A stretch of DNA of 64,000 bases from Utricularia gibba (Eukaryota > Plantae > Magnoliophyta), in contig NEEC01000024.1 of NCBI GenBank assembly GCA_002189035.1, forward strand, positions 310,001 through 374,000, given 5' to 3'. Of this stretch, positions 13,501 to 27,469 are shown one piece after another. The notes under the pieces are model-generated. The model did no database searches and was not told the origin of the DNA. It was given only the letters and a program-made list of their open reading frames with translations. The position numbers and the translations under genes are program-made. The first letter of the stretch is position 1. Each line of letters opens with the position of its first letter.

Positions 13501-15345
13501 TTGTGCTCAAATTTGAAGTTTGTTCTTATTGGAAGGGAAGGCATGAAGATTAATGAAAGTATTACTGGTCTAATTGAATAAGGACTTCCCTCAAAATGTG
13601 GAGACACATGAACTTATTATATTTCTTCTAAGATTGGAGGAAGGGAAATCCCGAGATCAATGGCTGATCAAGGAGAAGCAATAAACATGATGCCATCGAA
13701 TGTCTATGAGTCTCTTGAGCTCAAACCCCTAAGGAAGACTAGTATGAGACTGATTCTGGTGATGAGAATGATTCCCATTCTAGAAGCATTTGTCGAGAAT
13801 GTGCTGGTGCAATTGTCAATGACCTTGCACCTAATTAAATTTGTTGTGGTGAAGATCCCTCTAACGAAAGCAAATGATAACACCATTATTTTAGGGAGGC
13901 CATTCTTAGACGCAGCCAATGTGCACATCAGATGTAAGAATGGAGAGATGACTCTTAGATATGAAGACGATTTTGTGACTTCAAGAGTTGGAGAAAAAAA
14001 GGTGGGCATGTATGGAGTAGGAACAATGATGGAAGAAGAGAATACTGAAGAAAATGCAGCTGATGGCCACAAGGATATTATTGATGATTTGGTAGAAGAG
14101 GTCTACGCCCAGGAGATGTAACAATCAATCATCTTGGCAGAAGTGGATGAAGAAGTGAGTTCGACACCCGAGTTGGATGTCAAGGAGCCTTCGTATAAAG
14201 TAGGAGTTGCAAAAGTGTCTTGTGAGAATAAACCAGATTTGAAACCGCTACCTTAACACTAAAGTATATTTTTTTTGGGAAAAAGTAATACTTTTCCTAC
14301 TATTGTGAGTGCACATCTAATTGCTTAGCAGGACGAAAAGTTGTTGTAGGTGTTGAAGAAACATAGGAAGGTGATTTTTGGGACTCTTGAGGACATCCAA
14401 GGGATATGCCCATTAGTTTGCATGCATCATATATTGTTGGAGGATGATGCCAAGCCACTTAATAGGCACAGAGATGACTCAACTCGATGTTGATGCAAGT
14501 TGTAAAGAAGGAAGCAAAGAAGCTACTGAAGGTGGAGATAAATTATTCCATTTCGGACAGCAAATGGGTCAGTACGATTCATGTGGTGCCTAAGAAAACG
14601 GGAATCACAGTTTTCACAAACTATGAAGGGAAACAAGTCACTAACTGAGTGCAAAACAGATGGAGAGTTTGTATTGAATATAAAAATTCAATGATGTCAT
14701 GGGAAAGGACCATTATCCTCTCCCCTTCATTGATCAAATGGTTGATAAGCTTAGTGGTAAGGGATATTATTGTTTTCTTGATTGATATTTAGGTTATAAC
14801 CAAGTGGCGATTGCACATGAGGATCAAGAGAAGACAACATTTTCCTGCCTATTTGGTATGTTTGTTTATAGGAGAATGCCGTTAAGTCTATGTAATGCTC
14901 CTACTACATTTCAAAGATGTGTGACGAGTATATTTTCTGATTTTATTGATAAAAGCATGAAGGTTTCATGGATGATTTTTCATTACATGGATCAAACTTT
15001 GATGAATGTTTGTAAAATTTGAATAAAGTTTTAGGAAGATGTGTTGAGAAAGATTTGGTACTTAATTCTGGAAAATACCATTTCATGGGTAGACAAAGGA
15101 TTGTGTTAGGACATATGGTTTCGACTGATTATTTATCTGTTGGTCCTACTAAAGTCGATATGATTTCCAATCTCACCCTAGCTCGGATGTCAAAGGAATA
15201 CGATCATTTTTGGAGCATGTAGGTATCGCCGACTCATCAAGGATTTTTTAACTTTCACTTAACCCTTGAATGAGTTGTTGAAAGAGGATGTCAAGTTTGA
15301 ATTTTCACATCATTGTAAGGAGGCTATCAACAAGCTAAAGGAAGC
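10595..15345 (+). mobile_element. Degraded Ty3/gypsy (Athila-like) gag-protease-RT, interrupted by a solo LTR
   Basis: gag remnants (EVSEDSM..LQFTLKVGAKDWF..SIGSWTEMK..FLNKYFP, 11100-11310); protease SMADQGEAINMMP...IILGRPFL (13650-13930); RT KDHYPLPFIDQM, EKTTFSCLFGMFVYRRMPLSLCNAPTTFQRC (14700-15220). Many stops and frameshifts. Confidence 0.85.
11840..13148 (+). mobile_element. Solo LTR (Athila-like family A), 1309 bp
   Basis: TGTTAAGTGTC...GACACGCAACA with perfect 5-bp TSD ATGGG (11835-11839 and 13149-13153); ends homologous to the LTRs at 44501-45797 and 57619-58964. Confidence 0.92.
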
Positions 15346-16940
15346 AATTTCCTTACTTGCAGACTTCTTCATTGGCTCGGGTTGCTCCTTTTGCAACTCC
15401 ATTTCCAGTTCAGGTTCCAGCTCCTCAGCCTTTGGTACTTGGTCCTATTTGTCTAGTACATGTTCTGGTTTATTTTTCTGCTCTTCATCTACTGCTTCAA
15501 TTTCACTTGCTTCCTCTAGTTGTGCATCCTCAACTTCTTCCTCAAATTCTTCCATTGTGTTGGGCAATTGTGCAAACTCGAATTCCATCTACATCTCTTC
15601 CAAGGTCTCTTGGCTGGTGGTTTTATCTTCCTATACCTCTTCCTGCTCTTCCTCTAGTTGCTCTATTGGAACTAGCTCTGATTCTTCCTTTGGAACACGT
15701 GCAGTTTCTTCCATTGGAAGAGTGTATGGTTCAGCAACAAAATGCATTGCTTTCTTTTCTTTTTTTGGTGGTCGTTATGGGAGTCCTGTTGCCTTCCGTT
15801 TCCTTTTTCCGATATGTTCTGATATGGCTTTTGGTGCCTTTCCATCATGCTTTTCTCAATCGCTTTCTTCTTACTCGTCAGTTTTCCCTGGCTCACTGGT
15901 CCCTATTTTTTTGCCACAATCTCCTCAGATCTGGCTTTTGAAAATGTTGTGCTCACTGAAGTTTTCTATGATCACTAATCACTGGCTTCATAGTCATTGC
16001 TATTTTCCTTTGTCCTTCCTTGAGCCACCTTTTTTTTCGGTATCCTGCTCATAGTTATTTTTGGCCCGGCGTTCCCTATTCCCATTCTTTGTGTGGGAGT
16101 TTTCTAGATAGTTTTAGCTGGATCAGCCTTCTGTGGAACAATTTTCGCGAGATCCGCCTTTGGCGAAACAATTTTCACTAGTCACATTTGCAAGGGTTTC
16201 TTTCACCGGTGGTTTTGCCACTTGTTTTGGTTGATCATTTTTCCCTTTACTCAACCCCCTACAGTCAGTCGTGAAGACATATCAACTACAACGTTTGGGA
16301 TCTCGGGGAAGACTGGTGCTATCAACAAGTAGTAGTTGGTGATGCATACACTATTCTAGATGTCACTGGTTTGTTCTTTGGAATGGACTTCACGGTGGTT
16401 GCTTTCACTTTCACCATTCTCCTTTTTGGCACGGGTCTTTTTCTTAAAGGTAGTTCCCAGTTATAGAGGGATAGTGGGCGCACTTCCTTCATATTAACGA
16501 GACACTAATCTAGGATTTCTACCATTTTAACTTCCCCTCTTAATTGCATGGGTAGGAACTCCTCTATGACATGCAACTTCCAAATGTACCCTTCTCTCAT
16601 TTGGCATCAGCGTTTTGTGTAGTCTGACAATTCTGAAGACTTACACAAGACAAAAAGATAAACTAAAAAGAACTCCCAGTAGTGCCCTATTTATTCATGT
16701 CGATTGTAGGACTTTCGTGACATGCTAAGTCAAATCTACGGTGGGGAAGAGATTCTCTACTTCTCTTCCTTGTTCGTCATTTGGACCTATTTGAAGATAA
16801 AGTTTCAGCCTATGACCATTTACAATAAATGGGTAAGCATCAAGATTTTTATCAAATAATTCAACTATTGAGCTTAACACTTTTTTCCAACACACGCTTA
16901 ATCTCACAATTGGACACCTCAGCTTGCCTATTAGTCGGAG
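15346..16940 (-). mobile_element. Gypsy 3' fragment: integrase C-terminus plus decayed acidic extra ORF
   Basis: FIVNGHRLKLYL integrase end (16725-16907). Downstream on the minus strand is a Glu-rich frame (EETARVPKEESELVPIEQLEEEQEEV*...ELEPELEMELQKEQPEP, ~16080-15350) with several TAG stops. Confidence 0.7.
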
Positions 16941-16942
16941 GT

Positions 16943-19900
16943 TGATAAGTATTGGAAGACTTGTACCTCATGAACGTTGAAACTTGATACTACATGTCGC
17001 AGTCTAGCGTGTTCAACGCATCATAAAAAATTTATGAAACTTGCCTATATTTCTACATAAATCACAAAAATTAAAGTAGCATGCCAAGCAATGGTTGAAT
17101 CCATAGAGAATGGTTGATATTTCGTGAAGTCCTTTACATTTACTAAAAACAAGGGGGGGGGGGGATTAGGAAGTTTAGGTCTTATATGTGTAGGACATAA
17201 AACAATAGGAGTTGAAATGAACAAGTTACAAGGGTGAAGAAGCACATAAAATAATAGAAATGCGTAGAAAATGTAAAGCGGAGATGACTTGGCTAGGTTT
17301 TACAACAGGATCAGACTCTTGTGTCACTTAAGATAGTCCATAGGCGTAAACCCAGCTTTATCACACCAAAAAACAGAGTAAAGAGGTGCATGAATAGTAG
17401 ACATGTTAGGCTCAATAACTAGAGATTGAAGAACTCAGGCATAAATAACTTCATAAGCAGAAGAGAACGTCTATAGGAGGATTATCCTCCACAACTTGTA
17501 TTAGAAATGCAACAAAAGCATGGAAAATGCAGGAAATATAGGAGCACGTTCAATGTCAGAAATAGAAAGCTAAAAAATGGAAATAAAAATGTTAAGCTAC
17601 TATTGTGTGTCATAGATTTACTGGATCTGCAAGTTATGAACTAAAATATAGTCTAGAGATGTGGATTTGGAAGCTAGCCAGAGCTATTCGCTAGAGAACC
17701 ACTATTTTGCCTGCTTCACGCTCCTCTCATTCAATGTATGCTCTTCTCTCTCCTCCTTCCTCTTTTCTTTTCCTGCTCAAAGGAAGGGTATCTCCATCAT
17801 TTCCTTGGATTTCTAAAAAGAAGATCTCTACTCCAAATCTTTTCTTTTCAGTGGGCAGCGACTTTCAGCTAAAAACTACTTTTTCACAACTTTTTTGTTC
17901 CTTTTGACTTGTTAACGTCGAAAGGTCACTGCCTGTACTAGCTCTTAACCTAGTAAAACTTAGAAACAAACTAGAAAGAAAAATTAGAGTTTTTTGCCCA
18001 ATTATTGCCATTTGAGCCTATTTTCACAATAAATACATTTCTATAAACTAAATACACAAAAAAAAAACAACTAAGCATTAATAAACAATATTTTACCGTA
18101 TAAAACACACCTAAAAATACATACAAAAACACAATAAGAACATTGTTATCATACATTCCTACAATGACTTTAGACTTGTTGTCAAGTCTAAAACAGAAAA
18201 AGAGAACAAACGACTACCTAAGATTGAGCCTACTGAAGCAAAGAAAATTTTCCGGTTGATGTTATCCATGTAATGAGTGATGATAAGATGTTGCAAGTGC
18301 GGGATAGAACAATTTGATCAAACATAGAGAATAGAGGTTACTTGCATGCTTCAATTGTTTAAAAATCACGTTTGCACCAGTCCTAACTTGATCATAGCAA
18401 GTAGTAGCATACTTGTCCATGTTATTAATCCTTATTGAGTCCAGCACCAATTTCAAAAAAACAGGAGATAAGGCAAGGATTTCATGCAGGGGGCTACATA
18501 GCAGACGTGCAGCACACCAGAAGGGACAATGAGTGCACTTCTGTCACAACAAACTGTTGGGTTTCTCGCATACATCGTATGCCACAAATGCAGCGAAATT
18601 TTAAAATTTTTCGAGAAACCCCAACGTAGATCTCGGAACACGGTATACATCAGACAAAGGGATGTTGAAAATACCTTTTAGAGGACTCCGTTGTTCACCA
18701 ACCGCCAATAGCAGACGGCCTCTATGGTATCCACACGTGGAGCACTACGTCAATAACCTCTCAAGGCTGTAGAATGCTAGTCGATCTCCTCAGGTGCTAG
18801 TAGAGAAAATCACCCCCTTGTGGATCAATCTCAGAGAGTACGAAGATATAGAACCAGATGTATAGATCTAAATCTTTTGATAGATACATGGTAACATATC
18901 AAATCAAATCTCCATAAAGATCTTATCTTGTAGAGATATGTATATATCCCAAATCTTATCTATGCAAGATCTTTTATTTTGAGTTTAATCAATATTAATC
19001 TCAAAATAACTCTCTATTTAATTTATCCACTTTACCAATTACATCTCATGTAATTGTGCCATTCTATTTTATATCGATGAGTGACTCCACTATTGTGTGT
19101 GACCCTATAGGCTTTTTCAATCAAGGCCGTAATAATGGATTTATTAATTAAATCTTAATTAATCAAATCCATCATTATCGATCATGAGTGATGTCTAGCA
19201 ACATATCATGATCCCCAAGATGTAAGAACAATCAGGTGAACTGATTGAGCCTTTCCATGACCAGCCACCATACAATGAACAGCTTTCATCATGCTTATAT
19301 CTTATTCGATACCAGAACATGGGTGTGTGTCTTTCTGATGTATCGAACTTATAATTACATTCAAACACTAACACTCAATGACCTACTCAAACAATTCGAG
19401 TGTCATTACCCTGGGCCCAGGACTTACTGTTAGGCTTTGATATAATTACTTGAGATATGATCTCATCGCTAACATGAGTGATGAATCCTTTATTGATCAA
19501 TCAACTATCTCCAATCTTAGGGAGTCACATTCCTACTCATCCATACTAGGCAAGCCATGGTTAGGCTCCCATTAGTAATGAGCGAAAATTTGAGCTTAAG
19601 ATCAAGATAACTTTGTTGACCTCAAGTCTAAGCTTACTTGCACGGCTGTCATATTCGAGATTTTGCTACTGACACTTGGTTTGCTTCCCATAGTAGCCTC
19701 TCGAAGATGAGTCATCCATTGAATCGATTCTCTAATCGACACCCACACATAGGTTCTAGTAATCTCATTACGTCAATTGTGAGAACCATTGCCTAAACAG
19801 TTTAGGGAACTCAATGTGTGCCAGCTTATCCGTATTTGTGATATTCTCATTTCACAAACACTCTAGCCAGGGAGTTTTTTAAATTGAACATAAATGCTTG

Positions 19901-22900
19901 AAGAATCTCACATTATGATCTCATCATAATTTCTATACCACATAGATCAAGTAGAGGATTTTATCAATGATGTAAACTTGATCACAATTCAAGGTAAACA
20001 TCAAAGGATAAGATTTTCCAATGAGTTGATTGTCTCTAGAACACATACACTAACACTTTGTTTCTACAATTCTTTCCTTCGTTCTTCTTTTTACAACACA
20101 ACTTTTCTGTTGTGCCCGCCTTTTGTACCACTTCCTAATTTTGTTTTTTTTTTGTTATAGCTCAGCTTTTATAATTAAACTTGCCTTTTATAATTCAAAT
20201 CTTTTATGTGCATCAGCTATAGTCTATGCGTCTAACTCAGTGAGACCCACACAGCCACATATTATTAAGCTACATATAAGCTATTCACAAGTAAATCCAA
20301 GAGCAAACAAAGCAAAACACAAGCAACATGCATGCACTTCTCTACAAATCTTGCCACCCTCATACAAGTCTTAAGTAGGTAAGAACTAAAATGCCTAGGT
20401 TCTCACAAAAGAGAAGGGATAGGATCTTACATTTCTAGCACCAACCGAAATTCCTAAACATGCACAGTAGTATTCAAGGCAACAAAAGAAAGACACAAAA
20501 CTACAAACCACATGCAATGAAAAGTATATAAAAAAAAGTAAAACACATAAGACACATATAACAAAAATTTACAAAACACATAGGGTAAGAGTCTAGTCAA
20601 GGTTTAGAAGGGGCAATAGGACCTGCATTTGTCTACAAATCAAGTAGAATTTCCAAATACATCTTGAAGGTTCCTATAGTACCTCTCAACTCACGAATTT
20701 CTATCAGGCAGCAACAATCTCCACTTTTCAAAGGTATTTTCTCTGCCTTAGCAAATGTAGAAGCTTCCTGAGCATTGAGCAGGGGCTGCCCCACAAGGTT
20801 TATATCACCTTTGCTCAATACAAATACGATATTGCCTTCGGCAAATTGAATCATGCCAATGTTCACGAGGAAAGACAAGTCAATGAGGAGATGAGGGGGT
20901 CCACATGCCAGTTGGCATTCTCTAAGACATCAATGCCAAATTTCTTCAAAGCTAGATAGGAAATCCTATTCTCAATCTCAAAGTTAACATTGTTTCTTCT
21001 TTCTACTTCCTTTTTCATCAAATCAGTAAGTAATGCACCAACAATTAAAGGTCCTTTCATCATGAAACTCCACAAAATGAAAGTTTCATTTTTAATAGGG
21101 AGTTAAAAGCATTTTGATGCTAAATTTGCAAAAAAATTCATAGCACAACTCTACGCAAGTAGGAAGTTTAGTCTGAAGAGTGTCAAAATCCTATCCTTTA
21201 CCTCCTGCTTTATACCAAAGTGCTGAAGAGTGTCAAAATTCATGTAGCATACCGGTTCTAATCCTACTTCTAACATTGTTTCCAATTTCTCTATGTGCGT
21301 TCTACTACCAAATTGAAGGTGCTCTTTGAGGATTTTAGAATCGTCTTTGCTGAAGAATGCGCACCCTTTTTCTATCATTCTCCTTAAGCAATCTTCCAGA
21401 TCCACCATGATGATGTCTCTGTCTGCAAACATAGTGGATCTAGCAAGGGGATCAATCTTCTTCACCTAACCCTTTTCCTTCTTTCTCTATTTAGTTTTTT
21501 ATCCTTTCTACATTGTGCTAGTCTCCTCTTCTCGTGCCCTTTTCTTCTGTTCCTTCTTGACTTGCTCTGATTGTTCCTTGTGGATAGTAGAATCCTCCGC
21601 CCTTGCTATCTCGGTGGATTTTGGGGTTTCTGTAGCGCTCTTTTTTGTAGGATTCTTCTTGCTTGTTTTGGTCATTGCCTTCTTCTTGTTGGTGGCATTC
21701 TCCTCCTCCCACTGTTTAGCAACAAGGTCTTCTTCTAATGCTCTTTGTATTCACATGTTGTAGGTCCTGTGGGTTACTCGCTCCTTAACCATGCTTCTCA
21801 TTCCAGTTAAAGGTCTCACCACCATATTACCTGGTGAAAAAGTTCTCATGGGTGAGTTTCAGGGCGACATCTTGAGTGGATCTGGTAATAGAGGCCGTCA
21901 TTTTGGAATTAACCCACTTCGAGGGTTCATGAGTTTCGTTGACCTCAAGGAAATCAGCATAAATAAAATTGAGCATTTGAGGGTTTCCAAGCGTGAAATT
22001 CCCTGGTGGCAAAGGAGTAGCAAAATAGTCACCACCAAAGGGGGTGAAGGGGTGCATTGAGTTCAAGGGCAGTAAGGCAGTAGAAAGGTAGGGAGTGGCC
22101 AAAGTGAGGGAGAAATCAACAGAATCCCCCAAATCTAGTAATAAAGGGACTTTGGGCTTGGGAGTGCTTTGGCACAATGATGTAGCAATGGAAAAAGAGG
22201 GTGGCTACGGTGTGCGGATGGGCAACGAGGCGCTGGAGGCAAGGGTGTTAAGGTGTTCCACCCGTAGGGCCAGCAGCAACTTCAAAATATCAGCCTCAAC
22301 CTGCACCGTGAGCAGCATTTAATCAGAAGAGGGCCTAGGGTTAGCGATAGAGGGTGTGATGGCAGATTGGGGGAAAAAATAGGTAGTATGCGAGATGCTA
22401 GAGGGTAAGTCGAAAGGCATGGGTGCTGCTGCAATAAGTGGGTGTTCGAGGGTTGCCGGCGACATGGCGATGGAGTCAGAGGAGGGGGTGATCGCCATGT
22501 TTGGAAAGATGCATCAGTTCTGTGAAAGGGGGAAGAGTGGGAGACAAAGAGGCACAAAGGGTAAAGTAGTTGTTGGGAAAAGATTTTGCCACCCTTTTCA
22601 AAGAAACCCAAAAGTGGTGCAAATTCCAATGAAACAACAGATTGCAACTGCACATAAGGCAAAATGCATAAAGAGAAATTGCATAATGGTAATAAAAGTG
22701 CATAAATACTAGTTACCTCCCAGCGAGGACTCTAGGATAACTCTAAGGGTAAGACTTATGTTCAAAGTCACGTACAAAAGAATTTCTATGAATGTTACAA
22801 CATCCACAAATCGTCATCCTTCATCAACCAAGAATTCATGAAGACTTTTAACTAATGAACATTATAGTGAAGGAGCTATGCATGTCTCTATTAAACAACT

Positions 22901-25900
22901 CATTGGAATCGATAGGATTCACATTTTTAATCACAAAAGTCCCTACCATCGAGACTTCAATTTATTGGGGTAAAATTAGAGCTTTTGAAAATAGTATCTT
23001 TTGACCAGGTTCAAAGTGCATTCACAAGATCTAATGATCATGGATTTGCTTTGTGCGTTTTTTTGAAGATCTCAAAATTCATGTAGGCCTCGTGTCTTAA
23101 TTCATAAATCTTTGAAAGTTGGAGCTTTCTCAAATCACCACTGCCTTGAATCTAAAAGTTCACCAATTGGATCACCCATCTTGACTTCTACTCTATTTCT
23201 ATGGGCAAACGGCAATGCTTACCATATACAATTCGAAAGGAGGATATACCAATCGGGGTTTTGAAGGCTAATGAATTGCCCAGAAGGTGTCATTCAGCTT
23301 GGAGCTCAAGTCCTTGCGAGAGGAAGTCATAGACTTCTCCAGAGTTTGCTTGATCTGCCGATTAGAAACTTCTACCTACCCATTGGTCTAAGGGTGTTAC
23401 TAGTTGGAAGGTTTATACTAGACTCCATAGTTTTTTAGTAATCTCTCCAAGGCCTTGTTGAAAAAATGGCTACCACGGTCACTGATCATGGCTTTGGGTG
23501 TTCCAAACCTCACAAAGATGTTATTCTGCAAAAATTGAATGACTGAATGAGTATCTTGGGACTTGGTGAGGATAGCCTCTATCAATTTTGAAATATAATC
23601 CACTCCTACCAAGATATGCTCATAGCCATCAGAGTTTGGGAAAGGGCCGATGAAGTCTATGCCCCACACATCAAACACTTTTGGAACAACAATTGGTCAC
23701 ATTGGCATTTCATGGTGATATCAGATGTTCCCTATTCGTTGGGAATTTTTGGCATCATTGAAAACTATTGACCAATAATTACCACAATTCAGCACTTTCT
23801 TGGTGGTATGGTTAGGACCATTGTGCCCTTCACATGGAGATGCATGAACAGAATGCTAGCACTTGGTGAATGTCATCTTCACCAACTAGGGGTCATCCAA
23901 GAAATGGTGCATACAATCACTTTTCAAGAAAATGCCCCCTTTAAGTTTAATGTCATCTCTCCGGTGCACAAATAGTTGGCTATGCCAGCGTACCATGGCT
24001 CACTAGTCTTCCCTATATCAGTCTTAATTGCAGAGAGTTGTTCATTCAAAAATTCTTCAATAATTGGTACACCATCTATGGGCTACTCGATACTACTAAG
24101 ATGAGCTACGACTTCACTAAGATTCCAAGGTTTATTCTTGATTTCCCCATTAAACTCTTGCAACAATAAGACCCACCTCATAAGCCTCTATTAGTTTCCT
24201 TCTTAGACATGAGGTGTTTGATGACAACATGGTCTATGTCCACAATCACTTTCTTTCACAACAAATAGCTTCTAAACTTTTGCAATGCAAATAAAATAGC
24301 TAACATCTCCTTCTCGATTGTAGTGTAGTTTGCTTGAGCACTATCCAACGTTTTGGAGGTATAGCTAATGACTGTGTCTTTTCCACAAAGTTTCTTACCA
24401 AACACAGCTCCTACTACTTAGTTGGAAGCATCACTCATCACATGGAATGGCTCATTCCAATTGGGTGCTTGTATAATAGGAGTTGAAGTGGCAGCCTTAT
24501 TGAGAGTATCAAAAGCATGTTTACATTCATCTCCAAAAATAAACTCAACATCCTTTTGCAAGAGGTTAGTCAATGGTCAAGCAATCTGAGAAAATCTTTT
24601 AATAAACCCCCTGTAAAATCCAACATGGCGTAGCAATGCATGAACTCCTTTTTCATCATGTGGATAAGGTAAGCCAGAAATAGTACTTACCTTACTAGGA
24701 TCTACCATAAGAGTTGCCACAGAAACATGTCCAAGTACAATTCTTTGGTGTACCATGAAATGACACTTTTCAGAGTTTAACACTAAATCCTTCTCAACAC
24801 AACTTTTCATCATAAGCTCCAAATGGTTCAAACAATCATCAAAACTAGTCCCATGCACAGTAAAGTCATCCATAAGCACTTCTATGAAATCATCAATATA
24901 ATCCGAAAAAATGCTAGTAACACACCTTTGAAATGTCACTGGGGCATTGCAGAGACCAAATGACATCTTCTTGTATGCATAGGTTCCAAAGGAGCAGGTA
25001 AAAGTTATCTTTTCTTGATCGTTCGATGTCATAGCAGCCTGGTTATACCCTGAGTACCTATCAAGAAAGCAATAAAAACTATTACTACTCAACCTGTCCA
25101 ACATTTGGTCGACGGAGGGTAGAGGATAGTGATCTTTCGTTGTTACTTTGTTCAACTTCCTGTAATCAATACATACCCTCCAGCCATTCTGAACTTGCAT
25201 CGCCACCTTCTTCCCATCAGCATCTTCAACAACTGTAATGCATGTTTTGTTAGGGACTATGTGGATAGGACTTACCCACGTGCTATCAGAAATCAAATAG
25301 ATCACTCCAGCCTTAAGTAGCTTCTATATTTCATTCTTCATTGCCTTCATGCAGGTAGGATTCAGCCTTCTTTGAGGTTGTCTAACTAGTTTTGCTCCAT
25401 CTTCAAGATAAATCCTGCATTGTGATAAGGGAGCTGATTCTGGTTATGTTGTCTAGTTTCCAACCAATGGCTTTGTTGTTGGCTTTAAGAACATCCATTA
25501 GCTTGATTTTTTTTTTAGTGGAAATATCAGCATTTATAATCATTGGCTTTGAATTGTCATCATTAAATGCATACTTCAAATGTGAAGGCAAAGGCTTCAA
25601 CTTTGGTGATTCAACACTAGTCACTTCTCCAAGCTTCACCAAGTCTTTATCTTCAATAAAACATTCCATTATTAAGTGCTCAGCATCCTCCTCATCGAGC
25701 TCAACTTCTTGTCTAAAGACTTCAAGAATATCATATTGCTCTTCATCCAAAACTTCCTCTACTAGCTCATCAACGACATCAACTCCAGTTATGGGTGCAA
25801 AATCATTCTGGAAGTTCTCAGCTTCATTGGTCTTCAAAATAGAGATATCCTCAGCATAGCTAATCATAATAGTTTCTTTCTTACAATCAATCTAAGCATT

Positions 25901-25952
25901 TGTAGTAGCTAGAAAAGGCCATCCCAAAATCAAAGTATTATCATTCACAGTG
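16943..25952 (-). mobile_element. Athila-like Ty3/gypsy element lacking gag and 5' LTR: protease end, RT, RNase H, integrase, extra ORF, 3' LTR
   Basis: RT ORF 24577-25305 (WVSPIHIVP, WRVCIDYRKLN, KDHYPLP, FGLCNAPVTFQRC, EVLMDDFTV); integrase ORF 23418-23678 ([13 protein letters not shown]...[16 protein letters not shown]); extra ORF ~22320-20630; 3' LTR starting TGATAAC at 18151. LTR left end is uncertain. Confidence 0.85.
18555..20055 (-). mobile_element. Solitary copia-type LTR (family C), 1501 bp
   Basis: TG...CA termini (TGTTAGTGTATGTGTTCTAGAG...GAGAAACCCAACA on minus); closely similar to 25953-27453 and 51062-52560. No TSD (CAAAC vs CTTTG). Confidence 0.88.
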
Positions 25953-27453
25953 TGTTAGTGTATGTGTTCTAGAGACAATCAACTCATTGGCAAATCTTAT
26001 CTTTTCATGTTTATTTTGAATTGTGATCAAGCTTACACCATTGATTAAATCTTCTACTTGATATATGTGCTATAGAAATTATGCTGAGATCATAATGTGA
26101 GATTCTTCATACACTTATGCTCAAGTTAAAAACTCCCTGGCTAGAGTATTTGTGAAATGAGGATATCACAAATACGGATAAGTTGGCATACATTGAGTTC
26201 CCTAAAATGTTTAGGTAATGGTTCTCACAATTGATGTAATGAGATTACTAGAACCTATGTGTGGGTGTCGATTAGAGAATCAATTCACTGGATGACTCAT
26301 CTTCGAGAGGCTACTATGGGAAGCTAACCAAGTGTCAGTAGCAAGATCTCGAATATGACAGCCATGCAAGTAAGCTTAGACTTGAGGTCAACAAAGTTAT
26401 CTTGATCTTAAGCTCAAATTTTCACTCATTACTAATGGAAGCCTAACCATGGCTTGCCTAGTATGGATGAGTAGGGATGTGACTCCCTAAGATTGGAGAT
26501 AGTTGATTGATCAATAAAGGATTCATCACTCATGTTAGCGATGAGATCATATCTCAAGTAATTGCATCAAAGCCTAATAGTAAGTCTTGAGCCCAGGGTA
26601 ATGACACTCGAATTGTTTGAGTAGGTCATTGAGTGTTAATGCTTGAATGCAATTATAAGTTCGATACATCAGAAAGACACACACCCATGTTCTAGTATCG
26701 AATGAGATATAAGTATGATGAAAGCTGTTCATTGTATGGTGGCTGGTCATGGAAAGGCTCAATCAGTTCACCTGATTGTTCTTACATCTTGGGGATCATG
26801 ATATGTTGCTAGACATCACTCATGATCGATAATGATGGATTTGATTAATTAAGATTTAATTAATAAATCCATTATTACGGCCTTGATTGAAGAAGCCTAT
26901 AGGGTCACACACAATAGTGGAGTCACTCAACGATATAAAATAGAATGACACAATTACATGAGATGTAATTGGTAAAGTGGATAAATTAAATTGAGAGTTA
27001 TTTTGAGATTAATATTGATTAAACTCAAAATAAAAGATCATATATAGATAAGATTTCGAACATATACATATCTCCACAAGATAAGATCTTTACGGAGACA
27101 TGATTTGATATGTTACCATATATCTATCAAAAGATTTAGATCTTGTGATATGCTCCAAGGGTCTTCATGCTCTCAGAGACTAATCCACAAGGAGGCGTTT
27201 TTCTCTACTAGCACCTGAGGTATTCGACCAGCATTCAAGAGCCTTGAGAAGGTTATCGACGGAGTGCTCCACATGTGGATACCATAGAGGCCGTCTGCTA
27301 TTGGCGGTTCGTGAACAACGGAGTCATCTGAAAGGTATTTTAGAATCCCTTTGTCTAATGTATACCGTATTCCAAGATCTGCGTTGGGGGTTTCTGAAAA
27401 TTTTTAAAATTCCGCTGCTTTTGAGACATACGATGTCTACGAGAAACCCAACA
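25953..27453 (+). mobile_element. Solitary copia-type LTR (family C), 1501 bp
   Basis: TGTTAGTGTATGTGTTCTAGAGACAATC...GAGAAACCCAACA. No TSD (CAGTG vs CCTGA), and the two flanks come from unrelated sequences. Confidence 0.88.
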
Positions 27454-27469
27454 CCTGAACCATAAATCA

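Noticed and set aside
15266-16054. 262-aa Ser-rich plus-strand ORF
   Set aside because: It begins in gypsy pol and continues as the antisense shadow of a Glu-rich minus-strand ORF; a chimeric artefact.
19245-19433. Repeated 62-aa ORF (also at 26574 and 51683)
   Set aside because: Lies inside family-C LTRs; its recurrence reflects LTR copies, not a gene family.
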